Source: Gemmatimonadota bacterium
Lineage (GTDB): Bacteria; Gemmatimonadota; Gemmatimonadetes; Longimicrobiales; RSA9
Direction of reading: 5' to 3'
NCBI GenBank assembly: GCA_040905425.1
Contig: JBBDRO010000012.1
Span: forward strand, 1 to 12,156
DNA: 12,156 nt
Shown here: positions 1 to 7,414 of the stretch, piece after piece
How the letters are laid out: the number at the start of each line of letters is the position of its first letter
Position numbering within the stretch: the stretch's first letter is position 1
Made by a program: the position numbers and the translations under genes
The notes under the pieces: model-generated
Told to the model about the DNA's origin: nothing
The model's input: the letters and a program-made list of their open reading frames with translations, nothing else
Database searches by the model: none

Positions 1-256
1 GCGCTTCGAGCTGCGGGCCGAAGCTCAGCAGGACGATCATGTTGATGAGCAGGTGGAAGAGCAGGTTGTGGGAGAACACGGCCGTGAGCAGGACCCAGAA
101 CCGGCCGGCGGCAAGGTGATCCCAGCTGACCAGGAAGTGGCCGGCCATGACCTGGAAGGGCAGCGCCATCCAGAGGAGAAAGACAATGCCGTTCGCCACG
201 GCGAGCGCCGTCACAACGGTCGGACGTCGACTCCGGGTACCCAATGTCATGTTCAT
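1..256 (-). CDS. Rhomboid family intramembrane serine protease, N-terminal part (runs off the left edge)
   Basis: Manual translation from ATG 256 (alternative ATG 250): MNMTLGTRSRRPTVVTALAVANGIVFLLWMALPFQVMAGHFLVSWDHLAAGRFWVLLTAVFSHNLLFHLLINMIVLLSFGPQLEA. It carries the rhomboid L1/TM2 signature W-x-LLT-xx-F-x-H...HLLxNM..L..FG..LE. The catalytic GxSG and His lie beyond the window. Absent from the ORF track because there is no stop in the window. Confidence 0.88.
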   Translation of the reverse strand, partial: MNMTLGTRSRRPTVVTALAVANGIVFLLWMALPFQVMAGHFLVSWDHLAAGRFWVLLTAVFSHNLLFHLLINMIVLLSFGPQLEA

Positions 257-472
257 TCGCTCGTCGTCGGCATAGCCACGGCAATACTCCCCTCCTCGCG
301 CCTTCCCTGGCGGGCGCATCCACGCCCTCGCTGCCACACGAGAATTCGGCCGCACAACACTAGCCAACAATCGCGCCCGGGGCGATCTTGTGCCGCGGAT
401 CGGGGTAGGAGGGCCACGCGGAAGTGGTCCTCGTGAAGACCACGATGGCAGTGCGGGAGTTGAGCAGACCCC

Positions 473-556
473 GGAGGGCTAGTCCTAACTGGTAAGGCAG
501 CGGTCTTGAAAACCGCCGGGCGCAAGCCCATCGGGGTTCGAATCCCCGGCCCTCCG
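473..556 (+). tRNA. tRNA-Ser (anticodon TGA), class II, CCA not encoded
   Basis: Acceptor stem GGAGGGC (473-479)/GCCCTCC (549-555) with discriminator G556. Anticodon stem GCGGT/ACCGC with loop CTTGAAA (TGA at 507-509). Long variable arm GGGC-GCAA-GCCC. T-arm CGGGG-TTCGAAT-CCCCG. Followed by CTG rather than CCA. Confidence 0.96.
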
Positions 557-597
557 CTGTACACGATAACGCCGCGGAGCCTCGCCCCTGCGGCGCG

Positions 598-636
598 GCG
601 GCCGCGGCGCAGTCCTATGTGCTGCGCGGCCGCAGC
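598..636. terminator. GC-rich inverted repeat between the convergent tRNA and ZIP genes, possible bidirectional terminator
   Basis: GCGGCC(GCG)GCGCAG at 598-612 pairs with CTGCGCGGCCGC at 622-633 with a 3-nt bulge. An alternative hairpin GCTGCG/CGCAGC spans 621-636. No U-tract. Confidence 0.35.
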
Positions 637-648
637 GCCCGCCCCGCT

Positions 649-1464
649 TCAACCCAGCGCCACGTCCAGGATCATCATGACGATGAAGCCGCCCAGGGCG
701 CTCACCGTGGCTAGGTCGGTATAGCCTTCCTGCTGGGACTCCGGAATCAACTCCTCCACCACCACGTAGAGCATGGCGCCCGCCGCGAAGGCCAGGGCAT
801 AGGGGAGGATCGGCTCGACCATGAGCACGGTGGCGGCGCCCACCACGGCCGCCACGGGCTCCACGATGCCCGAGAGCTGGCCGTACCAGAACGCCCGGCC
901 GCGGGCCACGCCGGAGCCCCTCAGGGGCATGGCCACGGCAATGCCCTCGGGGAAGTTCTGCAGGCCGATGCCCACGGCCAGCGCAATGGCCGCCCCGAAG
1001 CTCCCCGCTCCGGAGCCGACCAGCGTCGAGGCGCCGCCGAAGGCCACCCCCACCGCCAGCCCCTCCGGAATGTTGTGCAGCGTGATGGCCAGCACCAGGA
1101 GTGTGGACCGGTGCAGGTGGGTGTCGGGCCCCTCCTGCGCTTCCAGGGGCATGCCCGGGTGCAGGTGGGGGATGAGACGGTCCGCGATGCCCAGGAAGAT
1201 CCCACCGGCCGCGATGCCCACGGCGGCGGGGAGCCACGGAATCACCCCCTGGGCCTCGGCCAGCTCGATGGCGGGGATCAGGAGTGACCAGACGCTCGCC
1301 GCGATCATGACCCCGGCGGCGAAGCCCAGCATGGACGTGAGGAGCGTCTGCTTCACGGTCCTCGTCACGAAGGCCGAGGCCGCCCCCAGGGCGGTTACGC
1401 CCCAGGTGAAGAGTCCGGCCACGGCTGCCTGGGCTATAGGATTGAGCGTGCGGAACCAGTCCAT
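649..1464 (-). CDS. ZIP family divalent metal (Zn/Fe/Mn) transporter, GufA/ZupT-like
   Basis: About 8 hydrophobic segments, the TM4/TM5 signatures HNIPEG and LQNFPEG, a His-containing loop (PHLHPG...DTHLH), and a C-terminal EELIPES...LDVALG typical of GufA/ZIP11-like proteins. Start placed at ATG 1464 (MDWFRTL, 271 aa) rather than the track's 1530. Confidence 0.94.
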   Translation of the reverse strand: MDWFRTLNPIAQAAVAGLFTWGVTALGAASAFVTRTVKQTLLTSMLGFAAGVMIAASVWSLLIPAIELAEAQGVIPWLPAAVGIAAGGIFLGIADRLIPHLHPGMPLEAQEGPDTHLHRSTLLVLAITLHNIPEGLAVGVAFGGASTLVGSGAGSFGAAIALAVGIGLQNFPEGIAVAMPLRGSGVARGRAFWYGQLSGIVEPVAAVVGAATVLMVEPILPYALAFAAGAMLYVVVEELIPESQQEGYTDLATVSALGGFIVMMILDVALG

Positions 1465-1504
1465 GACCGCCGCCGCGTGGCATATCCCGGGCCATCCGTC
1501 GCGC

Positions 1505-1513
1505 ACTGTAGCA
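1505..1513 (-). promoter_or_regulatory. Putative extended -10 promoter element for the ZIP gene
   Basis: The minus strand reads TG-C-TACAGT about 40 nt upstream of ATG 1464. No clear -35 element. Confidence 0.3.
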
Positions 1514-1672
1514 CGCCGCGGCCGGGTCATACCACGCTCGCACCAGCGTTCCTAACATTCCAGCCGTCTTATGCGCCTATAGGGAGGTGCCCCACGCCGC
1601 GGTCGCAGGCCGGCCGCGCCAGGGCGGGGGCTGAGTATCCAACCTGGCAATGCATCTCAGGGAGAAGTCGTC

Positions 1673-3262
1673 ATGATGAAGTGGGCCAAGCTGGTCGTTG
1701 GCGGATGTCTGAGCGTGGCACTGATGGTGCCTGGCGTGCTCACCGGCCAGGAGCCGGACCGCCCGCAGGAGCAGCCCTATCGGGTGGGTGAGGCGCTGCC
1801 GCCGATGGATCCGGGCAGGGAGATGGTGACGCTGTCCCTGGAGGAGGCGATCGCCCGCGCGCTGGATTCCAACCTGGACATCCAGAGCATCCGCCTGGCG
1901 CCGGAGCTGCAGGCGTGGTCGGAGCGAGCCGCCCGGGCCGCGTTCAATCCCACCGTCAACGCCAGTTACGGCTACAACAACTCCACGAACCAGTCCACCA
2001 GCCAGCTGGACGGCGGCTCACGCACGACCAGTCAGCGGCAGACGTTCAATACCTCCCTGTCCCAGCCGCTGCCCTGGTACGGCGGGCGGCTCAGCGCCAA
2101 TTTCAACAATGGGCGCAACGCGACCGATAACGCGTTCTCCACGCGCAATCCCAGCTACAACTCGAACGTCAATTTCAGCTATTCGCAGCCGCTGCTGGCG
2201 GGCTTCCGCACCGACAATCAGCGCGCCGCCCTGGAAACGCAGCAGATCCAGGCGGACATCACGGATCTGCAAGTGGCCGCGCAGGTGGAGAGTATCACCG
2301 CGCAGGTGAGCCGGGCCTACTGGAGCCTGCGCGCCGCCATCGAACAGATCGAGATCCAGCGCCGCAGCCTGGAGCAGGCCCGCCGTCTGCTGGCCGAGAA
2401 CGAGCTGCGGGTGGAACTGGGTCAGCGCACCGAGCTCCAGCTCCTGCAGTCACGGGCGCAGGTGGCCAGCGCGGAGCAGTCCCTGCTCAACGCGGAGATC
2501 CAGTGGCGTAACCAGGAGCTGGCCTTCAAGCGTTTGCTCATGGGCGGCGCCGACGACCCGCTGCTCGGGCAGACGGTCAATCCGTCCGCGCGGCCGCAAC
2601 TCACGCAGCCGAGCGTGGACCTGGACGCGGCCATCGCGCGTGCCCTCGAGCAGCGGGCCGACATCCGGCAGCAGCGCATGCAGCGACTCATCTCGGAAGT
2701 GAACCTGGACGTTACCCGCAACAACACCCTGCCCAGCCTGGACCTGAGCGCCTCCTATTCGCTCCAGGGCGTGGGCGGCAACCTGTTCCAGCGCTCCGGC
2801 CTGGGGGGTGAACCCGTGCTCGTCCAGGAGGGCGGCTATCTCGACGGCCTGCGTTCCATCGCGGATTTCGAGACCCCCTCGTGGAGCATCTCCCTGAGCG
2901 GCTCCTATCCCATCGGCACCAGCTCGGCCGAGACCAGCCTGGAGCGCGCGCGCCTCCAGCTGCGCCAGACGGATCTGGCGCTGCGCAACCAGGAACTGGC
3001 CATCGTCACGCAGGTCACGAGCGTGGGCCTGGCGGTGCAGAACACCTTCCTGCAGCTCGAGGCGGCGCGCCGCAGCAGGGAGGCCGCGGAGGAGAGCGCC
3101 GACGCCGAGCTGGCGCGCTACGAACTGGGTGTGGCCACGCTCTTCGAAGTGGTCACTGCGCAGAACTCGGTGACGTCCGCCCGGCTCTCGGAGCTGCAGT
3201 CCACCATCAACCACCTGAACGCCATCGCCGACTTCGATCGCATCCAGCGCATCGGCGGGTAA
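1673..3262 (+). CDS. TolC family outer membrane efflux protein (OMF #1)
   Basis: Sec signal peptide, then LSLEEAIARALDSNLDI, two OEP repeats (AAFNPTVNAS.../NNTLPSLDLSASYS), YWSL, ARYELGVATLFEV and a C-terminal helix. SD GGAG at 1661-1664. Confidence 0.93.
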   Translation: MMKWAKLVVGGCLSVALMVPGVLTGQEPDRPQEQPYRVGEALPPMDPGREMVTLSLEEAIARALDSNLDIQSIRLAPELQAWSERAARAAFNPTVNASYGYNNSTNQSTSQLDGGSRTTSQRQTFNTSLSQPLPWYGGRLSANFNNGRNATDNAFSTRNPSYNSNVNFSYSQPLLAGFRTDNQRAALETQQIQADITDLQVAAQVESITAQVSRAYWSLRAAIEQIEIQRRSLEQARRLLAENELRVELGQRTELQLLQSRAQVASAEQSLLNAEIQWRNQELAFKRLLMGGADDPLLGQTVNPSARPQLTQPSVDLDAAIARALEQRADIRQQRMQRLISEVNLDVTRNNTLPSLDLSASYSLQGVGGNLFQRSGLGGEPVLVQEGGYLDGLRSIADFETPSWSISLSGSYPIGTSSAETSLERARLQLRQTDLALRNQELAIVTQVTSVGLAVQNTFLQLEAARRSREAAEESADAELARYELGVATLFEVVTAQNSVTSARLSELQSTINHLNAIADFDRIQRIGG

Positions 3263-3418
3263 ACGGCGGCGAGGATGCACGCCGTTGCGCGGCGCGGGTC
3301 GCAGGGGACGTCGCTTAACATCCCCGTCTCGCGGGGCCTCCATACTGGTGAAGCCCGGTGATGACATCCGGGCGGCACACCACGCGGCGGCCGGACCGCC
3401 GGATGCAGGAGGAGCAAG

Positions 3419-3991
3419 ATGCGTTACGCGTTGAGGGGTTTGCTGGTGGCGGCGGCGGTGACGGGGCTGAGCGCGGCCGACGTTGCCGCCCAGAGGCGGG
3501 CCGGCATGGGGCAGGGGATGGGCCAGGGGATGAGGCAGGGCATGGCACAGGGGATGGCCCAGGGCATGGGTCAGGGTGCGCAGCGGGCGGAGCAGGCGCT
3601 GCGCCTGCGTGAGGCGCTGGACCTCACGGATGAGCAGGTCGGTCGGCTGGAGACGCTCCGCCAGCAGCAGGTGGTGCACCGCCAGGCCATGGCCGAGGCG
3701 GGCATCGCCATCCGTTCGAAGGTGGCGGCCGGGGAGCTCACGGCCGTGCAGGCCAGCGACGAGTTCCAGGCGCTGCGCCAGTCCATGCGCGAGACGCACG
3801 CAGACGGTGCGCTGCGCGAGATTCTGACCGACGAGCAGCACCAGATCCTGGCGCGTCAGGCACGGGCCAACCGTGCGGGCGCCATGCGGGGCGGTGCGGG
3901 CATGCGCGGTGGGCAAGGCATGCGCGGCCGGATGGCCCCCGGCATACGCGGCGGCGCCGTCATCCCCCCGGTGGGCGGGGGCGGCCGCTAG
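3419..3991 (+). CDS. Spy/CpxP/ZraP-like periplasmic protein with Met/Gly/Gln-rich repeats
   Basis: Signal peptide (…VAA|Q) and two LTxxQ motifs (LDLTDEQ, ILTDEQ) flanking a helical core, with low-complexity GMxQ and GMRGG tails. Strong SD AGGAGGAG at 3407-3414. Confidence 0.8.
   Translation: MRYALRGLLVAAAVTGLSAADVAAQRRAGMGQGMGQGMRQGMAQGMAQGMGQGAQRAEQALRLREALDLTDEQVGRLETLRQQQVVHRQAMAEAGIAIRSKVAAGELTAVQASDEFQALRQSMRETHADGALREILTDEQHQILARQARANRAGAMRGGAGMRGGQGMRGRMAPGIRGGAVIPPVGGGGR
3503..3574 (+). repeat. Intragenic 12-bp tandem repeat, 6 copies, encoding (GMxQ)6
   Basis: ggcatggggcag gggatgggccag gggatgaggcag ggcatggcacag gggatggcccag ggcatgggtcag. Confidence 0.9.
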
Positions 3992-4011
3992 TTTCGACTC
4001 CATCCCCATGA

Positions 4012-4053
4012 AAGCGGGCTCGGCGCACCACGCGCCGGGCCCGCTTCTCCTTT
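4012..4053 (+). terminator. Probable intrinsic terminator after the Spy-like gene
   Basis: 15-bp stem AAGCGGGCTCGGCGC (4012-4026), loop ACCAC, GCGCCGGGCCCGCTT (4032-4046, one G-U pair), followed by pyrimidine-rich CTCCTTT. Confidence 0.7.
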
Positions 4054-4078
4054 CATGACAAGCGTTTACGGAACAACC

Positions 4079-4107
4079 TTGATTCAGTTGTTGAACGGTG
4101 TTAATCT
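4079..4107 (+). promoter_or_regulatory. Sigma70-type promoter of the tetR efflux operon with overlapping putative TetR operator
   Basis: -35 TTGATT (4079-4084), 17-nt spacer, extended -10 TG-T-TAATCT (4099-4107), in an AT-rich patch. The imperfect palindrome TGAACGGTGTTAA (4092-4104) overlaps the spacer and -10. Confidence 0.65.
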
Positions 4108-4140
4108 CATGGCGGCCGTTCATCCAACCAGTGGTGCTTC

Positions 4141-4779
4141 ATGGGAATCGCAGAACGTCGGGAACGGGAGCGCGAGCAGGTGCGCACCCTCATCGTGGAA
4201 GCGGCGCGGGACATCCTCTCCGCGGAGGGGCTGGAGGCGCTTTCCATGCGCGCCATCGCGGAGCGTATCGAGTATTCGCCGGCCACCATCTACCTGTATT
4301 TCAAGGACAAGGACGAGCTCATCCGCGAAGTGGTCCAGCAGGGCATGGATCGAATGAGCCGTGCCGCTCAGGCGGAGGTGTTCGCCGCGGGCCCGGAGGC
4401 CAGCGCGCTCGAGCAGTACGCCGCCATGGGTCGGGCTTACGCCCGCTTTGCCATCGACAACCCCGCCTACTTCCGCGTCATGTTCGAGCTCCCGGCCACG
4501 GCCGAGTTCGAGTGTCCGGAGCCCGAGGAGGATGGCGCCGGAAACGGTGACGGCTTCGCCAACGTAGTGGCGGCCATCGAGCGCGCCATGGCGGAGGGCA
4601 GCGTGGCGCCGGGTGACGCCCACCGCACGGCGCTCATCGGTTGGGGCCTCATCCACGGATTGACGTCGCTCTATCTGGCCGGTCACCTGCGCGACAGCGT
4701 GACGGACCACGAGGCATTCATGACCCTGGTGGATGACGCCATGCGCAGCGTGCACGGCGGCTGGGAGCAGCCCGCGTGA
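4141..4779 (+). CDS. TetR/AcrR family transcriptional regulator (WHG-type C-terminal domain)
   Basis: N-terminal HTH (IVEAARDILSAEGLEALSMRAIAERIEYSPATIYLYFKDKDEL) and C-terminal AYARFAIDNPAYFRVMF...WGLIHGLTSL. Confidence 0.96.
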   Translation: MGIAERREREREQVRTLIVEAARDILSAEGLEALSMRAIAERIEYSPATIYLYFKDKDELIREVVQQGMDRMSRAAQAEVFAAGPEASALEQYAAMGRAYARFAIDNPAYFRVMFELPATAEFECPEPEEDGAGNGDGFANVVAAIERAMAEGSVAPGDAHRTALIGWGLIHGLTSLYLAGHLRDSVTDHEAFMTLVDDAMRSVHGGWEQPA

Positions 4780-6293
4780 GAGCCATGAAACCTGCTATGA
4801 GGATCCACAGCGTGTCCTACATCAAGCGACGTACCCGCGTCTTCCTTCCGGCGCTGCTCGGGCTGCTTGCCCTGGCACCGCTCCCGGGCGCGGCGCAGCA
4901 GCATTCCGTGGACGTGGAGGCGGCGCTCCGCACCGCCTACGAACACAGCCGTGAGTTGCTCGACGCCCGGGCCCAGTACCACAACGCCGAGGCCCGCGTG
5001 GACGAGGCGTGGGGCAGCGTCATGCCTTTTCTGGACCTGAACGCCAGCTATACCCGGAATCTGGCCGTGCCGCTGAATTTCCTGCCGGCCATCATCTTCG
5101 ATCCGGACGCCGACCCCGATGAGCTGGTGGGCGTGAAGTTCGGCTCCGACAACCTGTGGAGCCTGCAGCTGCGTGCGGAGCAGCCGCTCTTCGACGGCGC
5201 CGCCTTCATCGGCCTCGGCGCCGCCCAGCGCTTCCGCAATCTGCAGCTGGAGATCGTGCGTGGCCGCGCGGCGGAACTGACGGCCACCGTGCAGCTGGCG
5301 TTCTACGACGCGTTGCTGGCGCGGGAGGCCTTCCGGCTGAGCCAGAACACGGTGGAGCGTGTGCGTCAGACGCTGGAGGAGACGCGCAAGATGAACGCGG
5401 CGGGGCTGGCCTCGGACTACGACGTGCTGCGTCTGGAGGTGGAGCTGGCCAACGTGGAGCCCAACCTCATGCGCGCCCGGAACGCGCTGGCGGCGGCCGA
5501 GCGCGGCCTGGCGGTCCGCATGGGCCTGGACGGCATCGATTCGCTGCGCGTGGAGGGGACGCTCACCGCGCTCGGCAATGACGTCATCGAAGGGCTGGAC
5601 GGCGCGGCCGATGCGGACGCGCTGGCCGCCGCGTTGAAGGCGGATCTGCCCGACGTCCAGGAGGCCGTGGGCGCCGCGCTCGAGAACCGGTCCGATCTGC
5701 GGCAACTCCGGCTAACGGAGGAGCTGCGGCGGACCGAACTGGCCGTGGAGCGCTCCGGCTATCTGCCGCGCGTCCTCCTCTTCGGCACGTACAACATCAA
5801 CGCGCAGCAGAACGGGGATCCGGCATTTTTCGGTCGGGACAGCAGCGAGCGCTCCTTCGGCAGGGCCGTGGGCGTACAGGTCAGCGTACCGCTCTTCAGC
5901 GGACTGCAGCGGCCGGCGCGCGAGGCGCAGACGAAAGCGGTCATCCGCCAGGTGGAGGCGCAGGAGGAGCTGCTGAGCGCGCAGGTGGAGAACGAGGTGC
6001 GCACGCTGCTGGACCAGGTGCGGGAGGCGGCCGATCGGCGCGTGGCTCAGCGCGGGGCGCTGGCGCAGGCCGAGCGCGGCTATGAGATAGCCCGCACGCA
6101 GTATCGCGAAGGGATCAGCAGTCCGCTGGAGGTGACGGACGCGGAGGTGGCGCTCCGGCAGAGTGAATACAACTACGCGCAGGCGGTCTACGACTATCTG
6201 ACCGCCCGCGTCCAGCTGGATAGGGCAATGGGCGTCGCACCCGCCATGGGTGAGGACGGCACGGTGACTCTGGCCATGGGAATGGAATCGTGA
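4776..6293 (+). CDS. TolC family outer membrane efflux protein (OMF #2, part of the RND operon)
   Basis: Signal peptide and OEP repeats (AEQPLFDG, GLASDYDVLR, VSVPLFSG, YREGISSPLEV, YDYLTARVQLDRAMG). The GTG start overlaps the tetR stop (GTGA) with SD GGGAG at 4763-4767. ATG 4785 and ATG 4797 are alternative starts. Confidence 0.94.
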   Translation: MRAMKPAMRIHSVSYIKRRTRVFLPALLGLLALAPLPGAAQQHSVDVEAALRTAYEHSRELLDARAQYHNAEARVDEAWGSVMPFLDLNASYTRNLAVPLNFLPAIIFDPDADPDELVGVKFGSDNLWSLQLRAEQPLFDGAAFIGLGAAQRFRNLQLEIVRGRAAELTATVQLAFYDALLAREAFRLSQNTVERVRQTLEETRKMNAAGLASDYDVLRLEVELANVEPNLMRARNALAAAERGLAVRMGLDGIDSLRVEGTLTALGNDVIEGLDGAADADALAAALKADLPDVQEAVGAALENRSDLRQLRLTEELRRTELAVERSGYLPRVLLFGTYNINAQQNGDPAFFGRDSSERSFGRAVGVQVSVPLFSGLQRPAREAQTKAVIRQVEAQEELLSAQVENEVRTLLDQVREAADRRVAQRGALAQAERGYEIARTQYREGISSPLEVTDAEVALRQSEYNYAQAVYDYLTARVQLDRAMGVAPAMGEDGTVTLAMGMES

Positions 6294-7414
6294 GCACGCT
6301 TACACGGTGGTACAGGGCGGGTGCGCCCGCGCTCGTTCTGGGGGCCCTGGTGGCCGCCTGCGGCGGCGGGAGTGAGGCCCAGCAGTCCTCGGGGCAGGAC
6401 GCGGACAGCGCGGGTCCGGATGGGACCGCGGGGAGTGCGCGCGTCGTCAACGTGCAGGTGCGCGAGCTCACCTCCGAGCCGTTCGCCGAATACGTCACGG
6501 TAACCGCCGAGGTGCAGGCCGAGCGGGACGTCACCGTGGCGGCCGAGGAGGGCGGCGTCATCCGCGCCGTGCTGGCGGAGAAGGGTACGCGTCTGGCGGC
6601 GGGCCAGCCCATTGCCCGCATCGACGACCGGGTGCTGCGCGCGCAGTTCCAGCAGGCGCAGGCGGAGGCCAGTCTGGCGGCCGAGACCTGGCAGCGCCAG
6701 CAACGGCTCTGGGAGCAGGACCGCATCGGCACGGAGTTGTCCTACCTGCAGGCAAAGTACGCGGCGGAGCGGACGGCGGCGGCCGCCCGGGGGCTCCAGG
6801 AGCGCCTGGATCGGATGACCATTCGTGCGCCCATCAGCGGCGTGCTCGAGGAGCGCGGTGTGGAGGTGGGCAGCACGGTGGCCGTCGGCAGCCCGGTGGC
6901 GCGGATCGTGGATGCCGATCCCGTGAAGGTGGTGGGCGGCGTTCCGGAGCGCTACGCCGCGCAGGTTGTGCAGGGCGCGCCGGCCACGGTCGGCTTCGAC
7001 AATCGCCCCGGGGCCCTGGAGGGCCGCACCCGCTTCGTGGGCAGCGCCGTGGACGTGCAGAGCCGCACCTTCCTGGTGGAGGTGGACGTGCCGAATCCCG
7101 GCAGTGCCCTGAAGCCCGGCATGCAGGCGCGGCTGAGCGTGCAGCTGCGCTCCATCGACGAGGCGCTGCTCGTGCCGCGGGACGCCGTGCTGCGCAGCGC
7201 GGACGGCTACGTGGTCTACGTGGTGGTCGAGGAGGCCGGGCAGAGCGTGGCCCGGGCGCGCGCCGTGGAGCTGGGGGCCGGCTCGGCCGGCCAGGTGGTG
7301 GTGGATGCCGGACTGTCGGCGGGTGACCGGGTCATCGTGGTGGGGCAGCAGCAGGTGGCCGCGGGGGACGTGGTCCGCGTGGTCGACATCGCCGGGGAGG
7401 AGTCGTCTCGATGA
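6290..7414 (+). CDS. RND efflux periplasmic adaptor subunit (membrane fusion protein), lipoprotein
   Basis: Lipobox LVAAC, lipoyl halves (EEGGVIRAVLAEKG...GQPIARID; TIRAPISGV), an alpha-hairpin, LKPGM, LLVPRDAV and GLSAGDRVIVVGQ. GTGA overlap with the upstream gene. Confidence 0.95.
   Translation: MSTLTRWYRAGAPALVLGALVAACGGGSEAQQSSGQDADSAGPDGTAGSARVVNVQVRELTSEPFAEYVTVTAEVQAERDVTVAAEEGGVIRAVLAEKGTRLAAGQPIARIDDRVLRAQFQQAQAEASLAAETWQRQQRLWEQDRIGTELSYLQAKYAAERTAAAARGLQERLDRMTIRAPISGVLEERGVEVGSTVAVGSPVARIVDADPVKVVGGVPERYAAQVVQGAPATVGFDNRPGALEGRTRFVGSAVDVQSRTFLVEVDVPNPGSALKPGMQARLSVQLRSIDEALLVPRDAVLRSADGYVVYVVVEEAGQSVARARAVELGAGSAGQVVVDAGLSAGDRVIVVGQQQVAAGDVVRVVDIAGEESSR

Noticed and set aside
473..556. 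Selenocysteine or UGA-suppressor tRNA
   Set aside because: The anticodon is TGA (reads UCA, Ser), not TCA. The acceptor stem is 7 bp with a 5-bp T-stem, not the 8/5 tRNA-Sec fold.
53..564. Track ORFs 53..436 (+) and 253..564 (-)
   Set aside because: They overlap the rhomboid gene antisense or cross the tRNA and have no protein-like features. Only the last 9 codons of 253..564 are kept as a possible leader peptide.
473..1464. tRNA-anchored genomic island or prophage attachment site
   Set aside because: No integrase, no duplicated tRNA 3' end in the window, and no visible compositional shift.
1465..1530. N-terminal extension of the ZIP ORF to 1530
   Set aside because: The extra 22 residues are not family-like and overlap the probable promoter. 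ATG 1464 gives a typical length.
3503..3574. CRISPR-like or mobile repeat array
   Set aside because: These are contiguous 12-bp in-frame coding repeats without spacers, and there are no cas genes.
2450..5705. Long minus-strand ORFs 2450..4123, 4120..4755 and 4683..5705, and other short alternative-frame ORFs
   Set aside because: Shadow ORFs of well-supported + strand genes in GC-rich DNA, with no motifs.
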